A stretch of DNA of 32,000 bases from Kiritimatiella glycovorans (lineage in GTDB: Bacteria > Verrucomicrobiota > Kiritimatiellia > Kiritimatiellales > Kiritimatiellaceae): positions 780,001 through 812,000 of the forward strand of contig NZ_CP010904.1 of the NCBI RefSeq assembly GCF_001017655.1, in the 5' to 3' direction. This document shows positions 1 through 8,339 of the stretch, one piece after another. The stretch's first letter is position 1; every line of letters starts with the position of its first letter. Under the pieces are notes generated by a model. It had not been told where the DNA came from. It searched no databases and saw nothing but the letters and a program-made list of their open reading frames with translations. The translations under genes and the position numbers were made by a program.

Positions 1-663
1 TTCGCTCACCCGGGTCAGCCGGAGTCGCGTTTCCTCCGCAACCGCGGGGCGGCGCACGGGCACACCTTCGAGGATATGGGCACCTGCGGCATCTATTTCC
101 AGGAATCGTACGCCTCGCCCGCCGCCGCGGATTACGACAACGACGGCCGGCTCGACCTGTTCTTCACCACCGTGTACGAGGTGGCCACAGGCGGCATCCG
201 GAACTATCCGGTCCTGTTCCGCAACGGAGGTCATTTTGACTTTGAAGCGGTGGACGGATCTTCCCTGGACGAGCTGCCGGACACCTATCAGGCCGCGTGG
301 GGTGATTACAACAACGACGGCCGACCGGACCTGGTAACCGCCGGCCGCGTGTTCCGGAATAACGGCCTCGGGACCAACCACTGGCTGAAGGTCCGTTTGC
401 GGGGCGACGGCTCCGCAGTCAACCGATCCGCGATCGGTGCACGTGTAACGCTGACCGCCGGAACCCGCACGATGGCGCGACAGGTCGAAGCCGGGACGGG
501 GCAGGGCAACCAGAATGCCCCCGCGCTCCATTTCGGGTTGGGACAGGCGGACGGGCCGGTCGATATCGAGATCGCCTGGCCCGACGGAACGCTCGATACC
601 GTAACCGGCGTCGAGCCCGACCGGTTGATTACGAGGGAGTATGGTTCATCCGCGGGACCTTGA
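1..663 (+). CDS. CRTAC1 / ASPIC-UnbV family protein, C-terminal part (5' end lies outside the window)
   Basis: The frame is open from nt 1. FG-GAP/VCBS-type repeats (DYDNDGRLDLF, GDYNNDGRPDLV) are followed by an UnbV_ASPIC-like C-terminus (HWLKVRLRG..NRSAIGARVTL..GTGQGNQNAPALHFGLG). High GC like the flanking backbone. Confidence 0.85.
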   Translation, partial: FAHPGQPESRFLRNRGAAHGHTFEDMGTCGIYFQESYASPAAADYDNDGRLDLFFTTVYEVATGGIRNYPVLFRNGGHFDFEAVDGSSLDELPDTYQAAWGDYNNDGRPDLVTAGRVFRNNGLGTNHWLKVRLRGDGSAVNRSAIGARVTLTAGTRTMARQVEAGTGQGNQNAPALHFGLGQADGPVDIEIAWPDGTLDTVTGVEPDRLITREYGSSAGP

Positions 664-747
664 GGGTGCCGGGGAGGAGTATGTTCCGGGGGCAAGGACC
701 GGTCTGGCACGGTGCTCGGAGATGATTAAAAGGAAAGGAACGGAATC

Positions 748-924
748 ATGAATAAGGTCTGTAACCCGCGCTATCTCGGAGCCCTGGGATTCCTCGGCTT
801 TCTGGGCTTTCTCGGATTCCTCGGCAGCGACGAGACCGCGCATCTCGCCAGGTTCGCGATGCTGTCTCTTTTGTCGCTCATCGCACTTTACGCCTTTATT
901 CCCTCCGACGGAAAAGGGAAATAA
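748..924 (+). CDS. Small hydrophobic protein (58 aa) with GFLGFLGFLGFLG repeat, DUF3796-like
   Basis: ATG at 748 is preceded by AAAGGAAAGGAA. It translates to MNKVCNPRYLGALGFLGFLGFLGFLGSDETAHLARFAMLSLLSLIALYAFIPSDGKGK, with a stop at 922-924. It is below the ORF-track size cutoff. The competing antisense ORF 646..936 looks like non-coding shadow. Confidence 0.4.
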   Translation: MNKVCNPRYLGALGFLGFLGFLGFLGSDETAHLARFAMLSLLSLIALYAFIPSDGKGK

Positions 925-947
925 CGCCGCTGCCACCGCTTTTCAAA

Positions 948-3900
948 TTATTCCTCCCCGGAATAGTATTCACCCTGCAGCGGGACGGCGGGTCGCGTTG
1001 CGCGATACACGGGCATGCCGCCGACGAGCGTCAGCGCCGGCCGGAAACGTTCGATGAACGTGTTCACCATCTCCACCCGGTTCGACTGCGAGAGATCCGC
1101 CGCCGGATGCGCGAGATCGGCCAGGTGCAGCCCGTCCGGTCCCTCGATCGCAAACGGGTTGGTTCGCCAGACCACCAGGTCCGCGTACCACCCCGGCCCG
1201 TCCGGCATGCTGTTCGTCGGCGCAATCGCCCCCAGTTCGGTTTCCAGCCCCCCGTGGTACGCGGCCCAGAAGGTCATCGCACTCAGAGCCTGTTCCACGC
1301 TCAACTGCATCGGGTTGTCCTCTTCGTCCTCCCGGTGCCCCAGCGGCGGGAAGACTTTTCCGGCCAGGTACTCCGCCGGGTACACCTCCGGCCGTTCCTC
1401 CCCGCCCTGATCCAGCCAGCGCCCCGGATCGGCCTCGATCGGACAGCGCGCCACGGCGCCGATCATGGTGATCGCCGGACGCGGATCGCGTACCGAAGGC
1501 GGGTCGGTGTTGAGCGCGAACGGGATATCGTAGTCAAGATACAGCGGACAGGGTTTGTGATGCTCCGACCGCGGCCGCGCCGGGACGCCGCGCCAGAAGT
1601 CGGGCATCCCCGCCGTCGGGATCTCCCACAACTCCTGTTCGTCCGGGAACCCGTTCACGCGGATCGATTGTCCGTCGACCGCCAGCAGCGCGGGTTGGAC
1701 CGAAAAGACGACGTTGCGCTCCGTCGGCAGACTCTCCCGGTCCATCCCGAACCTCGGGTTGCGGATGAGGTTGATCGCATAGGGCGAGACATTGAGCAGG
1801 TGCTCAATCCGGTAGCGCTCGTTGGTGAATCCGCGCCGGATCACGGTTAGATCGTCGTCCGGCCCCAACGCGTTTTTCCAGTAGCCGGGCAGCAGTTTGT
1901 AACTGGTCGGCAGCGTCTCCAGGTCGTCTTTCAGCGTCCACAGACAGCGCGTATAGAGATCGACCCCGCCGTCGCCGAGATTATGACAGGCCACCTGGCC
2001 CGGGATGGGCCAGTCGTTTGTGACCGCCGCGTCGTGAGCGTGGCGGATTCGCGCCAGGGCCCCGAGCGTGCGCAGATAGCCCGAGTCCACCTGCACGAAG
2101 ACGCGCCGGAGTTTCTCGGCCAGACCGGCCGCGGCCTCGGTCCCCGCAATCGATACGGTCATGTCGACGTGATCCAGCAGCCGCAGGTCCTGCGCCAGCA
2201 GGGCCGGGTCGAAGTCGATCTCGGGCCAGTAGCCGACCCCCTCCTTCAAAAAGGTCCAGTCGTTCGTGATCGCGGTGTTCCTGAAGCCGGGGTCGCCGTC
2301 CACGCACTCACGCACCAGCCAGTACAGCGCCGCGCACTCCCGGCTGTTGAATACCTGCTCCTGCTCACTGGTCATCGTCAGCAGCCCGTAGGCATGGTCC
2401 CGGAAAACGACCCCTTCGCCCGCGGTGTTGGTGGTGACGAACGCATGGCTGGTGGACGACTTGGCCATTGGCGCGCTGCTGAAGAGCGTTCGCGCCCCCG
2501 TCCCGCCGTCGAGCTGCAGCTTCCACCCCAGCCAGCGCACCCAGCCGGGATACTCGCGGTGACCCGACTTCGGCGCGAGCCGGTCCGGGTCGGGTCCGTC
2601 GTCGCCGCCCGTCGCCAGCGTGAGGACGTCGTCGATCTGCTCCATATTCTCCACGTAGTAGTACAGCCCTACGCGGAGATTGAATTCGCCGGTGCGCGTG
2701 GTGGTGTCCAGCCCCCGTCGGGTGAAGAATTCCTCCTCAACCGCCGGGTTGCGTTCGTGCGACAACGCCTCGTAGGCCTGGAATTCTTCGCGGTTGGTCG
2801 AGCGGCGATAGAACATGATATCGTGGACGCCGGTGATGCCGTGACGGTGACACCAGCGCGCAAGGTTGCGCCGGAAGCGCATCCCGTCCCCGACGTCCGG
2901 CGGGCGCTGCACCACGGACCCGAGCGCGTCGCGCATGACGTAATGCTCGGCGTACCCGCTCGCGCGCCAGACCCGGCCGGTCACGTCGTGGAAGTATTCC
3001 ACCAGTCCGCGTTCGGCTCCGCTGTACCAGTTGCTTTCGTACGGCCGGTACGGATCCCAGCAGCCATAGGCTGTATAGGCCGGCAGCAGCGTCCTGCCCC
3101 AGAAATCGGCCGCGTCCTGCCATGCCGTCTCGGAAATACAGGCCGGGATGACGCGGTAGAGCGGGATCAGGTGCGCCGAAACCCACCCGTTGGTCAGCAG
3201 CGCGTCCAGCTCTTCCATCAACAGGGAAGCCCGCACCGTCTGCGACCATCCGGCGGTCTCGACGACCTCCAGCGGGATGTGCGCCGGCCCGGGCTCTCCG
3301 GTGCGCGTGACCACCACATCGGCGAGGAAGGGTGTTTCGACCAGAAAAAGGTTGGTGCCGTAATCGGGGTTCATCGCGACCTCGAGGGTCCAGAGGGTAT
3401 CCTCGTCCCCGGGCGCGGTGATCGTCTCGACATCGGTCGGCCCGAACCGGTTCGTGCTGGAGCGCATCCCGTCGTTGTACTGCCGGTGCAGCTCGCCGTT
3501 GTACCAGCAGACCTGGCCGCTGGTGTGGACCAGCAGGGCCGCTTCAGGATGGTGGGTGGGGTCTGCCCCGCGACCGATGCCGTTGATCAGATAGCGGGGA
3601 TTGAGCGTCGCGGCGGCGCAGCCCTGCGTCGAGCAGAGGTAAAGACAGGTGTCGGGGTGGCCGGGGTCGGCGGGCGCTTCGTCCACCTCCGTCCGTACAT
3701 AGCCGTGCAGCAACATCCCCGTGCGGCTGTGATGGCTGTCCAGATAGGTGTTCGCATCGTCCACGATCATTTCCAGCCCCTCGCGGATCCCGCGCTGGGT
3801 GTGGGTGTCCTTGTCGATGGTGTAGTGCGGATCGCTGACATCGGCGAAATAGCCGAACTGTTCACCCTGCTCGGGGATCTTTTTCGACCAGCTCGTGACG

Positions 3901-4304
3901 TGAAAATGGCTGTCGATGATGCCGGGCGTGACCACCGCGCCGCGCAGGTCGATGCAGTCGAGATCCGTGAGCAGGGCTTCATCGATCCCCTCCGCGCGCC
4001 AGGCGGCGAGGACCGTGGCGGGATCGGTCCCCGGCGGGTCGGGGCAGGGGTCCTGCAGCGCGGGGGTATCGCCGAGCGGGAGGGCCTGGGGAGAGGGATC
4101 GTCAGGTCCCGGTTCGTCCAGGAACGGATAGACGGCGGCAATCCGGCCCCGATCGGGGTCGATCAGGCAGGCTTCCAGGACGTAGAGCCGGGCGCGGTCG
4201 TTGGTGGACGCCGCCGCCAGCGCGACGTGGATCGGCGGTGAGCAGGTAGCCGTTGTAAAGCATTCGCACGCGGCGGGTATGGTAGCTGTCGTCGTCGCTG
4301 ACAC
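948..4304 (-). CDS. Large metal-dependent amidohydrolase (Amidohydro_3-like)
   Basis: 1118-aa ORF. It has the HxH metal motif in context GIIDSHFHVTSWS and an N-terminal beta-strand-like segment LEACLIDPDRGRIAAVY. High-GC codon usage. The true 5' end is uncertain (see the frameshift finding). Confidence 0.8.
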   Translation of the reverse strand: MSATTTATIPAACECFTTATCSPPIHVALAAASTNDRARLYVLEACLIDPDRGRIAAVYPFLDEPGPDDPSPQALPLGDTPALQDPCPDPPGTDPATVLAAWRAEGIDEALLTDLDCIDLRGAVVTPGIIDSHFHVTSWSKKIPEQGEQFGYFADVSDPHYTIDKDTHTQRGIREGLEMIVDDANTYLDSHHSRTGMLLHGYVRTEVDEAPADPGHPDTCLYLCSTQGCAAATLNPRYLINGIGRGADPTHHPEAALLVHTSGQVCWYNGELHRQYNDGMRSSTNRFGPTDVETITAPGDEDTLWTLEVAMNPDYGTNLFLVETPFLADVVVTRTGEPGPAHIPLEVVETAGWSQTVRASLLMEELDALLTNGWVSAHLIPLYRVIPACISETAWQDAADFWGRTLLPAYTAYGCWDPYRPYESNWYSGAERGLVEYFHDVTGRVWRASGYAEHYVMRDALGSVVQRPPDVGDGMRFRRNLARWCHRHGITGVHDIMFYRRSTNREEFQAYEALSHERNPAVEEEFFTRRGLDTTTRTGEFNLRVGLYYYVENMEQIDDVLTLATGGDDGPDPDRLAPKSGHREYPGWVRWLGWKLQLDGGTGARTLFSSAPMAKSSTSHAFVTTNTAGEGVVFRDHAYGLLTMTSEQEQVFNSRECAALYWLVRECVDGDPGFRNTAITNDWTFLKEGVGYWPEIDFDPALLAQDLRLLDHVDMTVSIAGTEAAAGLAEKLRRVFVQVDSGYLRTLGALARIRHAHDAAVTNDWPIPGQVACHNLGDGGVDLYTRCLWTLKDDLETLPTSYKLLPGYWKNALGPDDDLTVIRRGFTNERYRIEHLLNVSPYAINLIRNPRFGMDRESLPTERNVVFSVQPALLAVDGQSIRVNGFPDEQELWEIPTAGMPDFWRGVPARPRSEHHKPCPLYLDYDIPFALNTDPPSVRDPRPAITMIGAVARCPIEADPGRWLDQGGEERPEVYPAEYLAGKVFPPLGHREDEEDNPMQLSVEQALSAMTFWAAYHGGLETELGAIAPTNSMPDGPGWYADLVVWRTNPFAIEGPDGLHLADLAHPAADLSQSNRVEMVNTFIERFRPALTLVGGMPVYRATRPAVPLQGEYYSGEE

Positions 4305-4599
4305 GACAGCGGGTGCAGAGGACCGGGGCCTCCGAGAGGTCCGCCTCGAACTCGGTGGCCCGGTCGCAGTCGGGAAAACGCTGCACCGCGACCCCCCGCC
4401 AGTCGTCGCTCGTCAGCGAGGTGCGCACGTCCAGGATCGCGCGAGTGGTATTGGAAGGGACGCACAGCGTGACCCGCGCCGTGGTTCCGCTGGCGGCGGC
4501 TTCTGTCAGGCGGCACTCCTCGGCGCCCCGTGCCGGATCCGGACCGGGAATCAGAGCCTGGACCAGGAAGAAGCAGCCGAGCACACAAGAACGATTCAT
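4102..4599 (-). CDS. Signal-peptide ORF, possibly the frameshifted N-terminus of the amidohydrolase
   Basis: ATG at 4599 is preceded by GGAGGTG. The N-terminus MNRSCVLGCFFLVQALIPGPDPARG looks like a signal peptide. The last roughly 60 codons overlap the amidohydrolase ORF in another frame and become R/P/G-rich, as out-of-frame sequence does. Confidence 0.35.
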   Translation of the reverse strand: MNRSCVLGCFFLVQALIPGPDPARGAEECRLTEAAASGTTARVTLCVPSNTTRAILDVRTSLTSDDWRGVAVQRFPDCDRATEFEADLSEAPVLCTRCRVSDDDSYHTRRVRMLYNGYLLTADPRRAGGGVHQRPRPALRPGSLPDRPRSGPDCRRLSVPGRTGT

Positions 4600-4894
4600 C
4601 GCCACCTCCGGGATGCGGCGGATTATAAAGAGCGCGACGCCGCCGAGCAAGCCCGCATAGGGGGATGTCCAACTCATGCGGCACAGCGATCCGCCGGCCA
4701 TGATAGGCCGGGGGCTGTCCCGCAGAGACAGAACCATGCAAAAAGTGGAGGACACGGAGCCTTACCCCAATTCGTTCTCCAAATAAAAACACATCCTCAA
4801 ACCCTGTCTATTCAACACCTTACCACACATCAAATCCCTTCAGCCTGCCGGACTCCGAGAGAAATTTAATTCTCTACATTTTCCCGAAACAGAG

Positions 4895-4926
4895 AACGGA
4901 CGTGGGTTCGATTCCCGATTGAATAC
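4895..4926 (+). other. tRNA/tmRNA-like T-arm fragment at the GC break (possible att remnant)
   Basis: The sequence GGACGTGGGTTCGATTCCCGATTGAATACC contains the canonical GGTTCGATTCC T-loop, but the T-stem is imperfect (GTGGG/CCCGA). TTGAATA (4919-4925) is complementary to TATTCAA at 4809-4815. I could not fold a D-arm or a 7-nt anticodon loop. Confidence 0.3.
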
Positions 4927-5007
4927 CTGACGGTGTGTTTTGCAAACCATGTCTGAATGAATCTGTGTCACAAGTTTTATCGTAAACCTGCCGCAAAGTT
5001 GAGCGCG

Positions 5008-6069
5008 TCATTCCTTGCCCTTGTGGTCCAGTTGCTTCAACAGCCGATCGAAGTCACTTTCAAAGAGCCGATCCTGAACAATCCGGTATTTTTCAAATTC
5101 GCTTTCGGCGTGAGCTTTGGCAATTTCTGCGGTTACTTTTCCTGCATCCTGAAGGATCTCCCGATCGGTGGCTTCGATGAATTTGTTCAACCGTGTTTCC
5201 CAGTCCTGCATAGTCATCGGCATCTTGCGCATGGCCATATCTTCAGCCACATCCAGATAGGCATTCACCAGCCGGGTCAGTTGTACCATTTCATTTTCGG
5301 TCAAGTAATTCTTGGCAACACTGACGTCGAACTTCTGGATTTTACCCTTCGGGGCGTCTTTCCAAGTCGTCAATCCCATGTTTTGCTTTTGGTGGTCTGC
5401 TCGGTCGACGATCACTTCGGCAGTTGTCTGGCCGTGAATAGCACAATGCAGCTTGTTTTGAACCGTGGCAAAGAAGCGCTTGGTTGCCTGCGCTGTCACA
5501 TCATAGTCGATGGATGTCGCGTAAATGTCGGTAATCTTCTGGTAAAACTTGCGTTCACTCAGGCGTATTTCCCTAATCCGCTCCAGCTGCTCTTCAAAAT
5601 ATTGGTCCGTCAGGATGGAACCGCCGCTTTTTATGCGTTCATCATCCATCACATAGGCTTTGATAGTGTACTCCTTGATGATTGTGGTCGCCCACTTGCG
5701 GAACTGAACGGCACGCTCGGAGTTGACCTTGTAACCGACCGCGATGATGGCAGAGAGGTTATAGTGCTTGGTATTGTAGTTTTTGCCATCAGCGGCAGTT
5801 ATTCGAAAATTTCGAATAACTGAATCTTCTTCGAGCTCGCTATCGGAAAACACCTTTTTAAGGTGGTAATTAACCGTATGCGTTTCCACGTCATAAAGCA
5901 CGCCCATCATTTTCTGGGTCAGCCAGATATTTTCATCAGCGTAAACCGCCTCAACGCCGCCTTGGCCGCTTGCTGCAACAAAGGTCAGGTATTCCGCCGC
6001 CGAAGAGCGGACAATTGATGTCTCTTTTTTTCCAGCCTTCTGAAGCTGTTTGTCTTTATCTTTTTTCAT
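5008..6069 (-). CDS. rhuM: RhuM-family virulence/DNA-binding protein
   Basis: The sequence block SAAEYLTF..ENIWLTQKMM..LYDV..HTVNYHLKKVF..ELEEDSVIRNFRITAADGKNYNTKHYNL.AIIAVGYKVNSERAVQFRKWAT is characteristic of RhuM family proteins. The start overlaps the upstream stop by 4 nt (6066-6069). Confidence 0.85.
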   Translation of the reverse strand: MKKDKDKQLQKAGKKETSIVRSSAAEYLTFVAASGQGGVEAVYADENIWLTQKMMGVLYDVETHTVNYHLKKVFSDSELEEDSVIRNFRITAADGKNYNTKHYNLSAIIAVGYKVNSERAVQFRKWATTIIKEYTIKAYVMDDERIKSGGSILTDQYFEEQLERIREIRLSERKFYQKITDIYATSIDYDVTAQATKRFFATVQNKLHCAIHGQTTAEVIVDRADHQKQNMGLTTWKDAPKGKIQKFDVSVAKNYLTENEMVQLTRLVNAYLDVAEDMAMRKMPMTMQDWETRLNKFIEATDREILQDAGKVTAEIAKAHAESEFEKYRIVQDRLFESDFDRLLKQLDHKGKE

Positions 6070-6656
6070 TCCACACCTCCCCAGTTTTGATACCTGTCCC
6101 GGGACCAGCGGAGGTATTTCAACAATTCCCAGTTTACAGATTCGGAATCAAACCGCTCGCTGTTAAAATCGCCACCGGACCACTCCATGTAACTTTCATG
6201 CTCTTCATGATCTGGGTTATCAAGAGCCTTGCAAAACTCAAGGTAGCCGGGCACGCCACCCACATCTTCAGGTGGGCAGGCTCGTTCGCCTTCAAGGCAG
6301 GCCAGCTCCGTTCTCAGCTCTGGATTAAAATAGCGGCTTTCCTCAAGAACAAGTTCGTGTTCCCAGCTGTCACCGAAGTCGTACAGGTAACTGAATGTGC
6401 GACCGTTCTGCTTGATCAGATCTCCGAGCCGGTATTTCCCGCATACCAGTCCGTCTTCTTTGGATTCCGGGTATTCGGTATAGCGTTTTTTTCCAATGGT
6501 AAATTCGTGCAGATGGCTGTCGGTCCAGCCCATGACAATCTGAATCACATCGTGAAGCCGGTCCAGCGTAATGCTGGCTGGCACAACAAAGCGACGCCAG
6601 ATGGCCGGTTCGATATCAAGCAGTTGTATTTTCAGCAGATAAAATCGTTCATTCAT
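6066..6656 (-). CDS. Plasmid pRiA4b ORF-3-like family protein (PRiA4_ORF3 domain)
   Basis: The N-terminus YLLKIQLLDIEPAIWRRFVVPASITLDRLHDVIQIVMGWTDSHLHEF is the hallmark of this family. There are 4-nt ATGA overlaps with both neighbours. Confidence 0.8.
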   Translation of the reverse strand: MNERFYLLKIQLLDIEPAIWRRFVVPASITLDRLHDVIQIVMGWTDSHLHEFTIGKKRYTEYPESKEDGLVCGKYRLGDLIKQNGRTFSYLYDFGDSWEHELVLEESRYFNPELRTELACLEGERACPPEDVGGVPGYLEFCKALDNPDHEEHESYMEWSGGDFNSERFDSESVNWELLKYLRWSRDRYQNWGGVE

Positions 6657-8005
6657 TTCTTTACCTCGTATTTTGACCAGAAGCTTCGCTTGCGACCATG
6701 TCCCTCAATGATCTGCTTTTTGAAAGCTTCGTGGGGGTTAAATTCTTTCCAGTCGGAAATGCCTGCCGCCAGCTTGTCTAACTTCTTCAGATACCGGATT
6801 CCATGGGGATAGGCTTTGGTGTAGCCACGATCCAGAATGGAGACCAACAAACTGCGGTACATCAGGCTGGCAGCGAGATGCCGGTTTTCCGATTCCATGG
6901 CCTCCGCAAGAGAAAGCAGACTACCGTAATGATTGCCATCAAGCTGGTCCGCACGTTTTAGGAGATAATCTTCGGCTTCATCTATTCTCCCAACGGCTAT
7001 CAGAAATTCCGCATCCGACTCCCGAAGTCTGTCGGCTTTCAGAATCTGTTCAACCTCATCGGCAACGACTTCATCACGCTTGTCATGGCCAATGACATCC
7101 AGAAGCGTCTGTAGGGTGTCCGTGGAATGATAGGATTTGAATTTCTGAAACAGGAGCTCCGTCAGTTTTTCAGAATCTCCCTGCTTATGGTAGATATCCT
7201 CAAGCAGCTTATCCCGTTCGTAAGCCTGAAAGGTTTCGCCTTCCGGGATTTTCTTCAGCCATAAATGGGCGGTTTCAACATCACCGCTTTCCAGATAAAC
7301 ACGAGCAATATCGATAATTGCTGCAGAATTTAGCTTTCCCCACGAAGCAATGCGGGTCTTTTCAAACAGCTGTGCATCCTTGATCTGTCGGGCTAATGAT
7401 TCGATTGATCTCAAATGGTGGCGTTTGCCGTATTCATCCTTTTCTTTGTCGGCCCACTTCTGAAGCGTGGCGATCATAGTGCGGATAGCCCCTTCAGGCA
7501 GGCACTCACCAGCACAATCGATCAAGGTATCACGGATGCCGTAATTATCCTTCTGATTCACCTTCAGAATGATGTCCGCAATCTTTTCTTTTTCGGTGCA
7601 GCGGGAGGCATAGTCCACAAACAGCTCTTTGGCGTCATAACGGAACACATCACCGATGTTCCCACTGGAGTCGTCACACATCTCAAAAATGGTGCTGTCG
7701 GCTTCATAAAACGCCGCAACGAGCTCAACGCCTGTGAGCGGATCATCCACGCCGGATTTTAAATCCTGCAGTAGCATTTCCAGTTCCCGTGAGAAACTGG
7801 CTGCACCCCGCCAATCGATAAAACGCCTCGAATGTTTCAAGCTGGAAAGTTTCTTCGTGAATCTCTGCACATTCTCCTTAGGCGTGGCAATTAACTGTTC
7901 AATCAGGTCGTCGGCCTCGTCGGAATGTACTGCAAGATTCAGGAGCGCCTCAGCGAGGGTTTCTGCACTAAGGTTGAACAGTTTTTGTTTGCGGGAATCA
8001 GTCAT
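6653..8005 (-). CDS. Hypothetical all-helical repeat protein (450 aa), possibly DUF6880-like
   Basis: Long ORF with RBS GGGAGGG upstream. The composition is helix-rich and TPR-like, and I recognise no catalytic motif. It is the first gene of a translationally coupled three-gene operon. The family name is from memory only. Confidence 0.6.
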   Translation of the reverse strand: MTDSRKQKLFNLSAETLAEALLNLAVHSDEADDLIEQLIATPKENVQRFTKKLSSLKHSRRFIDWRGAASFSRELEMLLQDLKSGVDDPLTGVELVAAFYEADSTIFEMCDDSSGNIGDVFRYDAKELFVDYASRCTEKEKIADIILKVNQKDNYGIRDTLIDCAGECLPEGAIRTMIATLQKWADKEKDEYGKRHHLRSIESLARQIKDAQLFEKTRIASWGKLNSAAIIDIARVYLESGDVETAHLWLKKIPEGETFQAYERDKLLEDIYHKQGDSEKLTELLFQKFKSYHSTDTLQTLLDVIGHDKRDEVVADEVEQILKADRLRESDAEFLIAVGRIDEAEDYLLKRADQLDGNHYGSLLSLAEAMESENRHLAASLMYRSLLVSILDRGYTKAYPHGIRYLKKLDKLAAGISDWKEFNPHEAFKKQIIEGHGRKRSFWSKYEVKK

Positions 8006-8339
8006 TAGGCTGCCCTCCCAGCATATTCAAGCAGCAATAATCCAAAGAATTTTTGAATTCACGGGTCCCCACCTGACAAACTGTCAAATATTTTTTGACA
8101 GTTGCCCCTGAATCATACGAGCCTGTTTTCACCAGCATCCGGGCAAGGAGCAGAGCCATCTCGGAATCATCCGTCGGTTGACCAGCAATGGTATTCCATG
8201 TGCCGCCATCTGCCAGCTCTCGGACACCATCAGGGTAGCTGCGCCGGATCTCCTCCGGGGACTGAAACTCAACCAGACTTCCCAGCGCATCACCGGCAAG
8301 CTGGCCCAGCAGGCATCCTTGGGCTCGATCAATCTTCAT
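7998..8339 (-). pseudogene. Truncated ADP-ribosylglycohydrolase (DraG/ARH family), N-terminal about 78 codons only
   Basis: MKIDRAQGCLLGQLAGDALGSLVEFQ...GQPTDDSEMALLLARML matches the ARH N-terminal motifs. Homology is lost at about nt 8105, and the ORF then reads through unrelated sequence to a stop. Full-length ARH proteins are about 260-350 aa. Confidence 0.7.
8080..8102. promoter_or_regulatory. Perfect 9-bp inverted repeat ACTGTCAAA-N5-TTTGACAGT carrying a TTGACA hexamer on each strand
   Basis: Read directly from the sequence. It lies about 75 nt upstream of the 450-aa ORF start, exactly where ADP-ribosylglycohydrolase homology stops. It could be an operator/-35 element or a junction scar. 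Confidence 0.3.

Noticed and set aside
1983-4241. 752-aa ORF on the + strand, plus several other long ORFs overlapping the amidohydrolase
   Set aside because: It is antisense to a motif-supported amidohydrolase in about 66% GC DNA. The translation is Arg/Pro/Gly/Val-rich with no motifs, which is a typical high-GC shadow ORF.
4857-4876. Possible suppressor-tRNA anticodon arm (stem AGAGAA/TTCTCT around ATTTAA, which would place a TTA anticodon)
   Set aside because: The loop is 6 or 8 nt rather than 7. No D-arm can be drawn, the T-stem is mismatched and the acceptor-like pairing spans 118 nt. It is not a credible tRNA by eye.
4998-5004. Consensus R''-like box GCTCAAC (minus strand) right after the rhuM stop, suggesting the RhuM operon might be a sixth cassette
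   Set aside because: No L''/L' hairpin follows it. No matching GTTGAGC is found at the operon's 5' end. The attC spacer/R' pattern seen in the five real sites is absent.
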